From NCBI GenBank assembly GCA_965112155.1, contig OZ218102.1: 64,000 nucleotides of DNA; one strand, 5' to 3'. This document shows positions 35,890 through 47,105 of the stretch, piece after piece (position 1 is the stretch's first letter; every line of letters begins with the position of its first letter). The notes under the pieces are model-generated. The model made no database searches. It had not been told where the DNA came from and saw nothing but the letters and a program-made list of their open reading frames with translations. This DNA comes from Podarcis liolepis (lineage: Eukaryota). The position numbers and the translations under genes were made by a program.

Positions 35890-36948
35890 GCATGGCAGAT
35901 ACCCAATGAGTCTGTGATATGTACACATTAAAACAACAGAACTCACCAAAGGAAACAAAGATATTTCTTGGTTCTACATATATCACTCTATGGAACAGCT
36001 TTCTTTGTAACTCTGTTTCTTATGCTAAACAAGCCACGAGCATTACATCATCCAGATATTACCCTTGCACATGGAGTTACCTCAGAGCAGCTCCAAAGGG
36101 AGCTAGAGATTTCCTGAAGCATAAGCTATTTTGGGAAACCAGAGAGGATGACATCATTTGCAGAAGTGGCTGTGTTTTGCTTTTAAAAGCAAATTTCCCC
36201 AGCTCCTGTTGGAAATATGTCAGTGTCTATTACCTATACCTCCTATACCTGTTTTTTACTTCCTCTCATTGGTACTGTAGATTTTCAAAGAAATTTCAAC
36301 TACCTAAGGTCCCTCTATGGACTTGATCTCTGTACAGCAGACATCATTTTACATTTTGCCAAATGGATGTAGCTACTGGTTTTTCTGTGTTGCATTGATT
36401 TATTTTTATCTTCGAAATGCAACATATCTTTAAAATGACGGAAGCTGAAATAAACATAATTAAACTCCTGCCCCCATTGAAAGAGTACAGACCTATGTAA
36501 AGGATAGCATATGACACTCTGCTTAGCACACAAAGAAAACATTTTTTTAGTACTGAATTATGGCTACAGGAATACTTACTGCTTTAATTTATTTATGGAA
36601 TATCACTTTTCAGCCGACATTCCAAAAGCAGATTGTACAATAGAAATTAAAATCAATCCATAGAACAGTGCTCATTTGAACACAACCTAAGTAGCAGGGG
36701 CTGTTGTGGTGTCATTCCCACGGTGTCCAGAGACAGCACTATTGAGGCAGTGGCTTCAAGATCAAGGCCAAGGTTTGCTCTCTTACAAAAGTAGTTTTCT
36801 TCCATTACCCTGGAGTCAGATTCCTCCTCTTCAAGGGGAGGAAAGTGAGGTATCTGAAGGAGAAAAGAATGGCCATGCAGGGCAAGGTCCAGAAACATTC
36901 TCAGATGAGTCTATGGGGCCAGTGAACAACCACCACATCCACCATAAA

Positions 36949-37284
36949 CAAGGGCCGGATTTAGGTTTGATGAGGCCCTAAGCTACTGAAGGTAATGGGG
37001 CCCTTTATATGTCCAGCTGTCCTTTGTCAACAACACATTGTCACTGTTTTTTGTGTTAAATATTTTAGGGAGCAGGCTAGCAGGCAGGGCCCATTACTTA
37101 CATCATAGGAGCCTACACAACACAAAACACTGTTGCTGTATGTAGGTTTTATTTTATTAGTTTTTTATTTTATATTTTGTAAATGTACATCCAGGTTTTT
37201 CCCCCCCTTTATATTTTTTGGTGCCCCCAAAAGAGTGGGGCCCTAAGCTATAGCTTGTTTAGCTTTTAAGTAAATCCAGCACTG
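36949..37284. mobile_element. Non-autonomous hAT element
   Basis: TIR caagggccggattta / taaatccagcactg; perfect 8-bp TSD accataaa. Confidence 0.9.
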
Positions 37285-37339
37285 ACCATAAACTGCTGTA
37301 ATAAATACTCAGAGATGAGGTGGAGGGGAAAAGGAAATA

Positions 37340-37398
37340 GCACCTGGGACCTTATGCATGCAAACCAAATGCTTTACCATGAGGTTATGGCCGCTCCC
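37340..37398 (-). mobile_element. tRNA(Ala)-like SINE head fragment
   Basis: acctgggaccttatgcatgcaaaccaaatgctttacca is the reverse complement of the 16030-type head. Confidence 0.55.
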
Positions 37399-37490
37399 CC
37401 CACTCCCAATTACTTGCTACAATTTTACTGTTGTTTAATGAGATCTTATCAATGTATTTTAGTCCAACTTGTAAACTCACCCCCAGTACA

Positions 37491-38269
37491 TAGGGATGGG
37501 TGAATCTGTCAGTTTCAGCTTCTCAGTTTTCCAATCTGTTCTACAGATTTCCACACCAGCTTTACAAATAAATAAATAAGATCAAAGGGGACGCAGGTGG
37601 CGCTGTGGGTAAAACCTCAGCGCCTAGGACTTGCCGATCGCATGGTCGGCGGTTCGAATCCCCGCGGCGGGGTGAGCTCCCGTCGTTTGGTCTCAGTTCC
37701 TGCCCACCTAGCTGTTCGAAAGCACCCTTAAGTGCAAGTAGATAAATAGGTACCGCTTTATAAGCGGGAAGGTAAATGGCGTTCCGTGTGCTGCTCTGGT
37801 GCCGGTTCGCCAGAGCAGCTTCGTCATGCTGGCCACGTGACCCGGAAGTGTCTGCAGACAGCGCTGGCTCCCAGCCTCTAGAGTGAGATGAGCGCACAAT
37901 CCTAGAGTCTGTCAAGACTGGCCCGTACGGGCAGGGGTTTGATCTTAAATAAGATCAAAACAAGTCTTCACAAAAAATTATGAGCATTTTAATGTGAATT
38001 TCTCATAATATATACAGTTCTGCAAGCCATTTCCCTTAATATAATGCATTTTATGCTATTTTTATGAATATGTGATTGTTTATACACACACTGCTCTATT
38101 ACATGTATTTCTGTATGCAGTCTGTGGCTGGAGAACTGCATTGCAAAATTCAGAGAAGGGTGAATTTCAAGGGAAGGCTGTGTTTCCATTTGCATATTAT
38201 TTCAGAAAGTGTGAGTTAGTTAAGTTTGTTCAAAAATGTGAACCGAATTGAATTTCTACCCCACCTCTA
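37491..38269. mobile_element. hAT (Ac-like TAGGGATG terminus) non-autonomous element, interrupted by a Sauria SINE
   Basis: tagggatggg / cccacctcta termini; flanks ccagtaca / ccagtaag (6/8 TSD). Confidence 0.75.
37587..37937 (+). mobile_element. Sauria SINE, full-length body, atypical 3' end
   Basis: Collinear with the 13962 copy, B box ggttcgaatccc; 14-bp TSD taaataagatcaaa (37573-37586 / 37946-37959). Confidence 0.95.
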
Positions 38270-39351
38270 CCAGTAAGGAAGGATATAAATAATTATAATG
38301 AAGAAAGCAGTGTCAGAAATAAAAAGAAGGCAGGGTGGCTGTTTAGTTGAATTTTTTTTTCCTGGCTCTTTTCAATCTTTCTGAGGTTGAGTTGTTGTAT
38401 TAAACTTATTTCTTTCAAGCTGCTTTGGATGTGCATTTGCCCAGTATGGACATTTGTGGGATTAAACACCATTTTGCAGAGAACTCTCTTGTTGATATAT
38501 GGACATTTGACCTGTGGTGGTCCAAAGAATCATCTTGGGTGTCTACCCCCACTTCCTTATTCTTTTTCTACACATTTTGGTGTGCTTATATGCACTTGAC
38601 CATCTCTTGAGCCCCTGAGGAAGCTTTGGCCTGGCAGGATTCAACACTCTCCCAGAAGCTTGGATGTATGATTTGTGGTGGCCCAAAGCATATTCTTCAG
38701 TGGCCTCTGCTGGTTCCTTATTTTCTATCATCATGTTTCAGCTATTTTTGAAGTGCATATATAGACTTCGACTGTGCTTTACTTTGTTTTGAACATGCAT
38801 GCAAATAGGGACTGAGAATGAATAACCAACTTCAGCATAGTATTTGTTATTTGTTAGGTATGTGATAGTGTAATTTATGTCACCCACCAGCATAAACCAA
38901 AGATAAACATTGCTTTTACAGCCTCATGGTTAGTCTGGAGAGAGCTAAACCACAAGCCTGGGTTCCAACGATATACTAAGCCAACCTGTGGAAGTGTGGC
39001 ATAGCAGCAACCTGAGCAGAGAGGAATAAAATGTCCACAATCTCCTCCCCAAGAGCCTGCATGTGTGGGAGCATAGTTTGGCATCACATGACATGCAAAC
39101 CAGGCCACTCTCTTCAAATAAACCCAGCTTCTTCAGAGTACATTTCCAGTTCCACTTGTTTATCTAGAACAGGATTTACCTGAAGAAGACTAATTAGCAA
39201 TGTTTCTTACTTCTTGCACACATGACCTCCAGGACTACTCAGTCAGCTTCACACACACAACCAAGTTCAATGAAAAATGCAATAGATGCAAATACACACT
39301 GTCCGTTTATTTTGCTCCTTCATTCTCCTTACTGTGCCTCTTTTCATTGTA

Positions 39352-39548
39352 CAGTGGACCCCCCCCAGATATGAACTTAATTTGTTCCGGGGGTTCGTAT
39401 GTACCCCAAAAAGTCTGCATCTAGAGGTGCCACTTCTGCGCACACACGCAGCATGATAGAGCTCTTCTGCGCATGGCAAAATCCTGGTTTGCCGCGTTCG
39501 CAACCCGAAAGTCGTTACCTTAAGGTAACATAACCCAAGGGGCCACTG
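39352..39548. mobile_element. Tigger-like MITE
   Basis: ta|cagtggacccc...ggggccactg|ta. Confidence 0.8.
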
Positions 39549-40925
39549 TATTTGTGTAGCACCTACAAATCTAGACACACAAAAATCTAAACAGATGCCA
39601 TTCATATCAAGAGTGAAAGCCAGACATTTCTACAGAAAAGCATATATAAATTACTGTATACTAATTAAAAGGATGGCATAGAAGAGAAAATATTTTAGAA
39701 GGCACAATATACATTAGACTGAGTTAATTCGCTCCAAATGAAACCTGCCAAATTTTACAAATGACAATGTCGCATTAAAGAAAAACACCTGAAGTTAGAC
39801 TTTATGGATTTGATTATGAATTGTAAATAAATCAACTTCAATACTAAGAGAAAGAGACCCACAGGGAAAGAAGTTGTTTTGATTGGGGTGGGGGGCAGGA
39901 TGAGAATGACAATGCAATCCTGCATTCGGTTTTTCAAAAGCAAGTTCCACAGTGTCCAACAGGACTGAGTCCTGGATAAATAGGTTTAGGACTACAGCCT
40001 AAAAGAAAGATGTAGGGAGGGAAAGAAGGAGAAGCCGACAGGATATCTGTAATATTACATAAGCATAGCATCTAATGGGCTTTTCAGCACAGAAAACACA
40101 ACAGTGTTTCAAAACCAGTTCAGCATCCTTTGAGCTGGTGACAGTTCAACCTGAACAAAACAAAGCCCAAAACATACTGAGAAGAGGAAGCATATCCTCC
40201 TGCTCTCCCAGGAGTTTGCCTTCATTGGGAACTCCAGTAACAATTGACAGTCTCTACACTAGCTGTGCTAATGGCAGTTGTCACAAAGGCAAGCATCTGT
40301 GCTTCAAGCTCAGCTATATTTAGCCACACCTGGGTTTTCTTGCTCCTTTCTTTCTCCATCAACACGAAGTTTAATTATTGTCATTTTATATCCTACTTAT
40401 ACAAAGGAGGCAATTCTCAGAGTGTCCTGCTAATGGAAGAAAGGTGGGGAGTCCGGAATATACTATAGTGATTTCCCTATCGTTACAGAATCAACTTCCC
40501 AGACCCGCCAGGTTCACCCGTTACTGTACTTCAGAAATACAGCTTTTTGTCAGGCGTTACCTAGTTAGCTGCTTTTTAAATAGCCATCTGTTTTTAAATA
40601 ATTGTTTTCAATTACTTGTGCTCAGAGCTTGGAAAGTTTGCTTTGAAAAGGAACTAGCTGTAGTTCAAGTCCAGCATGTCCCAAAAGGAACTAATTTTTG
40701 CTCACATTTGTCTCTTTATGAAACAAACAAGTTCTGTTCATAATTCAATTCAAGTTAATCCAAATGGTCGCCAGCATTTTTTTTAACAATTCATAATGTT
40801 ACAAGCTGCTGTGCTGAAGTGTAAAATATACTTAAGCAGACTAAGAAAACATCAAAGCACACATGCAGTAGGATGTGAGTTGTTTAGTTTATTTCCTCCC
40901 ACAGTTTTGATCTTTAAGAGCCCAA

Positions 40926-41262
40926 AGAGTCAGTGCCATGTAGTGGTTAGTGTGTTGGACAAGGACCTGGGCCGCCAGGGTTCACGTCTCCATTCAGCCA
41001 TGACCTTTGGCCAGTCACTAACTCTCAACCTAACCTAAGGTTACCAGATGTCCCTGTTTCCCAGAGACATTCCCCGGATTTACAAATCAGTCCCCATACA
41101 AAATCCATTCAAGTTGAAAAGTGTCCCTGGATTCATTGAAAAAAATCTGGTAACCTTAGCCTAACCTACTTCACAGGATTGTTGTGATGATAAAATGGGG
41201 AGGAGGAAAACCATGTGAGTTCCTTGGAGGAAAGGTGGGATATAAGTGCAATGAATAAATAA
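40926..41262 (+). mobile_element. MIR/CORE-type SINE (middle layer of nest)
   Basis: atgtagtggttagtgtgttggac head, gggttcacgtctc B-box-like, tgacctttggccagtcac core, cctacttcacaggattgttgtg..ggtgggatata..aataaat tail. Confidence 0.85.
41036..41158. mobile_element. hAT (Blackjack/Tip100-like) MITE (inner layer of nest)
   Basis: Perfect 14-bp TIR taaggttaccagat / atctggtaacctta; flanks acctaacc / gcctaacc (7/8). Confidence 0.9.
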
Positions 41263-41819
41263 CAAATAAAAACAAATAAGGAGTAAAACAAAAAACGTAA
41301 GAGAATAAACTTGAAGATTAACTAGAGATCATTCAAAGTTCTACCCCGAAACAAATTTAATTTACAGTCAGTTCACGCAGGAGTGATGAGAACTACTTTC
41401 ATGTATGTTTCAGATTTTTTGGAACTAATTCAGTGAACTTTATTAAACTGAACTAGTTCACTCCAAGCCCTGATTGTGCTACTCATTGTTATCTTTTGGG
41501 GTGCTTATCTTCATTTGTGAACCTCTTGGACAACTTTGGCAACAAAACCACACTAGTGTTATTCTATATATTAGCATTTATAAAACATAACAAATGCTGT
41601 CTACATATGCAATAAAATGGCGTACATGCATCTATGAATCATCCCTCAATTTCCACAGAATGTATTTAGCATTGGGCTGCAAGATTTCATTCCCCAATCT
41701 ATTTATGGCAGGACATATTGAAACCAAATAAAAACAAGTGGTGCTTGCTTCATAATGTTGTGTTGTGTGGTGCTCCTACTCAGGGTTCTGGCCAGTCTGC
41801 AATGCCCCTTTCAAGGATA

Positions 41820-42157
41820 CAGTGGTGCCCCGCAAGACAAATGCCTCGCAAGACGGAAAACCCGCTAGACGAAAGGGTTTTCCGTTTTTGAGCTGCTTCG
41901 CAAGACGATTTTCCCTATGGGCTTGCTTTGCAAGCCGAAAACGTCTTGCAAGTGTTCCGATTTTTTTCCGCTCCCCCCCCTTTTTCTAAGCCGCTAATAG
42001 CCTTTTAGCCGCTAATCCGCTAAGCCTTTAATAGCCACTAAACCTTTAATAGCCGCTAAACCGCTAAGCCGCTAATAGGGTTGCTTCGCAAGACGATAAA
42101 ACTGCTAGACGAAGAGACTCGCGGAACGGATTAATTTCGTCTTGCGAGGCACCACTG
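41820..42157. mobile_element. Tigger-like MITE with internal minisatellite
   Basis: ta|cagtggtgccccgcaagac...gtcttgcgaggcaccactg|ta; internal (aagccgctaatag)-like repeats at ~41988-42077. Confidence 0.9.
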
Positions 42158-42534
42158 TACTTCATTTCAATCCCCTACCCTACAGGAGTAAGTCAACCTT
42201 CATTAAGCAGTTCCAGCTTTAATGACATAGTTTGGTGTGTGTGGGGGGGGGGTATGTTTTCTGCTGTTTTTGGCTACATGAGGACCAGCACTCAGAAAAT
42301 TGAGCACAATGATGACTTCTGGTTAGTTTTCAGACGGATCATTTCATACCATCTGAAAGTTGACTCCTAGTCAGTCTTTTATTTTTTTCAACGGATTAAC
42401 AAGTCAAGAAGCTTCAACTTTATTTTATGAAACTACAATTAGAATCTACAAATGGTATAATTTGGGAAAGGGAGAGGTTGTAATCTATGCATGTAGAGGC
42501 ATTCCTGTGTACATGCAGACATGACTCCGTAGAG

Positions 42535-42697
42535 CAGAGCTTTCCAAACTGTGTGCCACGACACGTTAGTGTGTCGGCTGCAGTGTGTAGATGTGTTATG
42601 CAGACCTCTGGTTTGCTAGTAAAACTGAAGTACTGTGTCACGAAATGATGCACATATAAAAAGTGTATCACCGACATGAAAAGTTTAGAAAGCTCTG
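42535..42697. mobile_element. hAT (Charlie-group) MITE
   Basis: TIR cagagctttccaaact / agtttagaaagctctg; flanks ccgtagag / ccacagag (6/8). Confidence 0.85.
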
Positions 42698-43127
42698 CCA
42701 CAGAGTGCTACTTCCATTGAAATGAACAGTGTGGCCTGCAAAGCCAGGGACTTTATATGCATTAGAGAAGCACATGCTTTGTTGGGACAGTTGAATATAT
42801 AAATCTGTCTTTACAGGATATCATATGCTTATGGATTTTTTTATTACTCTTTCCATTCTATGTATTTATAATGAACAAAAATGTCACCAGCTAAAACGCA
42901 AACATTATTCTTAATTTACTACAAGATGAAAAGCATTAAGAAAACATGTACAGCATATTTCCGACAGGAGATAATTCTCATGTGAAATTAAATATAACTG
43001 CTCATTCCTCATAGGCAGAGGAACTTCTATGCAGAGTCAGGCTGTATGTCAGGTTTCTTTTAATAAAGGAAACAGCTTTTTATTGCTCTTCATGTTAAGC
43101 TTAATCTAATGTCTTTGGTAAAGGCAG

Positions 43128-43410
43128 TTGGGTCCAGTGCCGAGGGCCTTCTGGCAGTTCCCTCACTGAGAAAAGCAAAGCTACAGGACCAGACAGAGGG
43201 CCTTCTCGGTAGTGGCACTGACCCTGTGGAATGCCCTCTCATCAAAGAGATAAACAATTACCTGACATTTAGAAGACATCAGAAGAAAGCCCTGTTTAGG
43301 CCCTGTGTGACATTTTAATGTATTTTTAATCTTTGTTGGAAGCCGCCCAGCCACATGGGCGAGGTACAAATAATTTATTTTTATTTATTTTTTATTTATT
43401 TTTATTGTTA
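43128..43410 (+). mobile_element. L2 LINE 3' end
   Basis: SSAEGLLAVPSLRKAKLQ, RAFSVVALTLWNAL, TFRRHQKKALF motifs, then ggaagccgcccag..ggtacaaata tail. Confidence 0.85.
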
Positions 43411-43887
43411 TTTAAAATTATTCATTCTTAGAACACCTCCAGATGGAATGCTTTTTGAGTGTCAGGCACACTGATTGTGGAAAGTTAGACAGACAATTAC
43501 ATTGGGATATGGAACAGAGACAAGCTTTTTGATGCTGAAATTCCAGCCTAAAAGAAAATAATAATCAGTGGAATGGGGGTCTTTGGAAGAGAATTCTGCT
43601 AAATTGACCAAAAGCTGTGCTAAGCTTCACACAATCAAAACAAACTCAGCATTATTAAGCTTATAAATGTTGGCAGCTCTATCATTTCTCAAGCAACCAT
43701 ATAAACTTTGGTATTACTTTAGTATTGATTTGTTTTCAATTCTTTATTCCTCTAATGCAAGAAGACATCTCTTTCATAAAATCCATGAAATGAATCCTTC
43801 GGAATTGTAAATGCTAGACCAAACATTGCTCCCCCCCTGCTTTCTACTTGAAGTATCTTATCCAGTTTCTCTCTTGATGTTTGATAT

Positions 43888-44377
43888 TGTCGCATTCCAC
43901 CCCAATCTCTCAGCAGTGCAAGATTCCAGGGGTTCCAGGCGTTTACCCAAGGTTTGTGTTTTCTTTTGGAATGAGGCACAGTGGAGACTATGGTTTCTTT
44001 ATGATATATGGTTTATTTACACATACACAACCTGAGCCTACGAGGGAGGGGTTCGCAGCATTAACACCCCAAAAGGCTCTCGCTTCCCCTATAGCCATAG
44101 CCTTGGATTCAAACAGAAAGCAAACATTGCTCTCAAAATTTGCTGTGACTCTCATTCCAGGTCACATTACTGCAAACTCTCAACTCCAAACTCTGGCTTG
44201 ATTCTTCTAACTAACCGTGAGCTAGGGGAGGGTCAGATTTTGGTGAGATCTTAGCAGAAGCGGCTGCTGCTTCTCCAGCAGAGGCAGCAGGCTGGGCAGG
44301 AAGCCTGAAGGCCTCTTGAGGTTCCACCAACCAAGGCTGCTGTCTCAGCCCTGCCTGCAGGGGCATGTGTGATAACA
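43888..44377 (-). mobile_element. Probable solo LTR
   Basis: TGT...ACA termini; minus strand has tgtaaataaaccatat polyA context and a GC-rich U3-like part; no convincing TSD. Confidence 0.5.
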
Positions 44378-45882
44378 CACTAGAAATGAAACACAGGTTT
44401 CTCTGGAGGAAATCAGGAGGCAGGGTGGATACTTACAGAACCATGTATGCTCTTACAAGTTGTGGGAAAGGCCTTACCTCATATGTTTGATTCAGCATCT
44501 AATAAATGCTTGAAAAATGGCTTTTGCCAAATATAGGCTGAATTATTAGGAGTAGCAAATAAAAGCTGCATTTCATCAAGCGGATTTTACTAGAGCCACC
44601 ACATATCTAGTTGGTTGTCTGAAATTTAAGTAAGAAAAAAACTGGTATTTTCTCTTTTGCAAACTGCCCCCTTTTTTTGTCAACCTGCGGCAAACTTCTG
44701 AACTGAGTTTTTGCATGTGCTAGTTATATCTCTGAGGCCTGGTGCTTCGAAACATTTGCAATGACTCAAGAGAGAACCAATGAATTCTGACTGATTCTCT
44801 GGATGTTCCATGAAGATCTCCTGTCATTATCGGGCTATGATTTATTCTGAAGAAACCAATGGTTTGGTCCATTTCTAAGAAAAATTGTCCTTAGAAACCT
44901 ATGTCCAGGGTAAAATACATTCCCAGAACTAGCAAAGACTATTTAAAAGACACATGTGTTTTGAAGATTTGAAAGGTTTACAAACCCAAACTGGAAAACA
45001 TTTAAAGTGCATACCCATCTGCCACAGATTTTCTTTATTAAGTAAGTTGTATTAACTGAAGTACCTAGAATTGTTGCCGATCCCAAAATAAAGGCTAAAA
45101 CCAACTTGTTTTAACACCAACCACGATTCAGCTAATATTCAGTGAAGCTCCTGGAGCTCAGGTCTGATATGATCTCTAGCTGAAACATCACTTAATAAAG
45201 CACTTTTCATTTTCTCTCCATCTGCTTTGGCACTTGAGATATAAAGCACCCTTTCTCCATTTTAATAGATTCTTTTTTGCAGCAACAATGTGCTCTCATG
45301 CAGCTACTATAAAGGCAACACTTAATTTTATTTTGGTTAAAACTTCTGGTTCATTTTGCGAATGCTTTCTGATAATGGAGCAGCTCCTAAGTGGCTGGCA
45401 CTGTGGCTCACCTCTGAAGCAAGAAAGAAAAACAGAGGTCCTGCATCTTGCTGTATGCTGAAATACACAGACCCTAAACATGTTTACTTAGAAGCAAGTT
45501 GTACTGAGCTCAATGGAAATTATAATACTGCATGGGACTGCAGCCTATGAAGCGTTATTTATGACAGCTAAACCCCCAAGGCATAACATAAGCAGAGCTA
45601 AGCTGAAATAATCTTTTTAGTTCTGTTTTCATTGTCACTATTGCTAAAAAAAACCCACCTCTATACTTTCAGTTCCCTTTTCAGAATTTCATTTAGCTTT
45701 CATCCTGCAAGTCCTGGAAAACTGGAATGCACTATGCAAAAGCCTCCAAAGGCTGGCTTTCAATAATCCAGGGAATTGTGCAGTCCCTGAGCTACCCTAC
45801 AAAAAGTACCATAAATATCCATGCTTTTTACAATAAAAAAGCTCTTGGACTCTCATCGTACTAGACAACCAGTACCACCTGT

Positions 45883-47105
45883 TAACATAGGAACATAATA
45901 CTGATAATATCCCTGCTGGATCAGTGCAATGGCCCATCAAGTCCAACATCCTGTTCTCACAGTAACCACCCAGATGTTCATGGGAAGCTGACTTGCAGAA
46001 GCTAAACACAACAGCACTCTCACCTCCTACAGTTTTCAGCCAATGATATCCAAAAGCTTAACCCTCCAACCATGGAGGCAGAATATAGCCATCGTGATTT
46101 TGTTGTTGTTTAGTCGTTTAGTCGTGTCCAGCTCTTCGTGACCCCATGGACCAGAGCACACCAGGCACTCCTGTCTTCCACTGCCTCCCGCAGTTTGGTC
46201 AGACTCATGTTTGTAGCTTTGAGAACACTGTCCAACCATCTCGTCCTCTATCGTTCCCTTCTCCTTGTGCCCTCCATCTTTCTCAGCATCAGGGTCTTTT
46301 CCAGGGAGTCTTCTCTTCGCATGAGGTGGCCAAAGTATTGGAGCCTCAGCTTCACGATCTGTCCTTCCAGTGAGCACTCAGGGCTGATTTCCTTCAGAAT
46401 GGATACGTTTGATTTTCTTGCAGTCCATGGGACTCTCAAGAGTCTCCTCCAGCACCATAATTCAAAAGCATCAATTCTTCAGCGATCAGCCTTCTTTATG
46501 GTCCAGCTCTCACTTCCATACATCACTACTGGGAAAACCATAGCTTTTACTATACGGACCTTTGTTGGCAAGGTGATGTCTCTGCTTTTTAAGATGCTGT
46601 CTAGGTTTGTCATTGCTTTTCTTCCAAGAAGCAGGCGTCTTTTAATTTCGTGACTGCTGTCACCATCGTGACTGGTGTCCATCGTGCTTAGTAGCTATTA
46701 ATAACGTGGTCCCCGTGAATTTGTCTAATCCTCTTTTAAAGCCACTCAAGCCATTGGCCAGCACTGCTCTAGTGGAAGAGCATTTCATAGTTTAACTATG
46801 TGGAGAAATAATTTATTTTGTCTGTTCTGAATCTTCCTACATTCAGCTTCACGAGAGGTCCGTGAGTTCTTTTTTCTCTACCCACTTTCTGAATGCCATG
46901 CAAAATATTACACACTTCTATCACGTTGTCTCTTATTTGCCTTTTCTCTAAGACTAAAAAGCCCTAACTTCTGTAAACTTTCCTCAGGTAGAGGTTTCTT
47001 CACGCCCCTGATCATTTTAGTTTCCCTTTTCTGAACCTTTTCCAAATCTACAATAACAATAACCTTTTTGAATTTAGGTGACCAAACTGCACACAGTACT
47101 GTATT
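45883..47105 (-). mobile_element. CR1 LINE 3' portion, interrupted by Bov-B
   Basis: Minus-strand WSPKFKK...DLEKVQKRETKMIRG..EESLQKLGLFSL, FKRGLDKF motif and (aacatagg) terminal repeat. Confidence 0.9.
46098..46667 (-). mobile_element. Bov-B (RTE) LINE, 5'-truncated
   Basis: EIKRRLLLGRKAMTNLDSILKSRDITLPTKVRIVKAMVFPVVMYGSESWTIKKA...RLQYFGHLMRREDSLEKTLML; two premature stops; (caa)n tail; ccatcgtg TSD. Confidence 0.97.

Larger units (their letters stand above)
40623..41472. mobile_element. Old hAT element with GAACTAGTTCA-type subterminal repeats (outer layer of nest)
   Basis: TIR cagagcttgga / tccaagccctg; flanks cttgtgct / attgtgct (7/8 TSD); partial relative at 51565-51690. Confidence 0.75.

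Noticed and set aside
36706-36940. Acidic ORF (GEESEVSEGEKNG) as an exon; similar block at 25477-25770
   Set aside because: No splice signals; more like degraded LTR-type sequence, but termini could not be defined
43912-43955. QCKIPGVPGVYPRF peptide resembling serine-protease or elastin motifs
   Set aside because: Short chance match inside the probable solo LTR; no other exons
46138-46653. 171-aa + strand ORF
   Set aside because: Antisense reading of Bov-B
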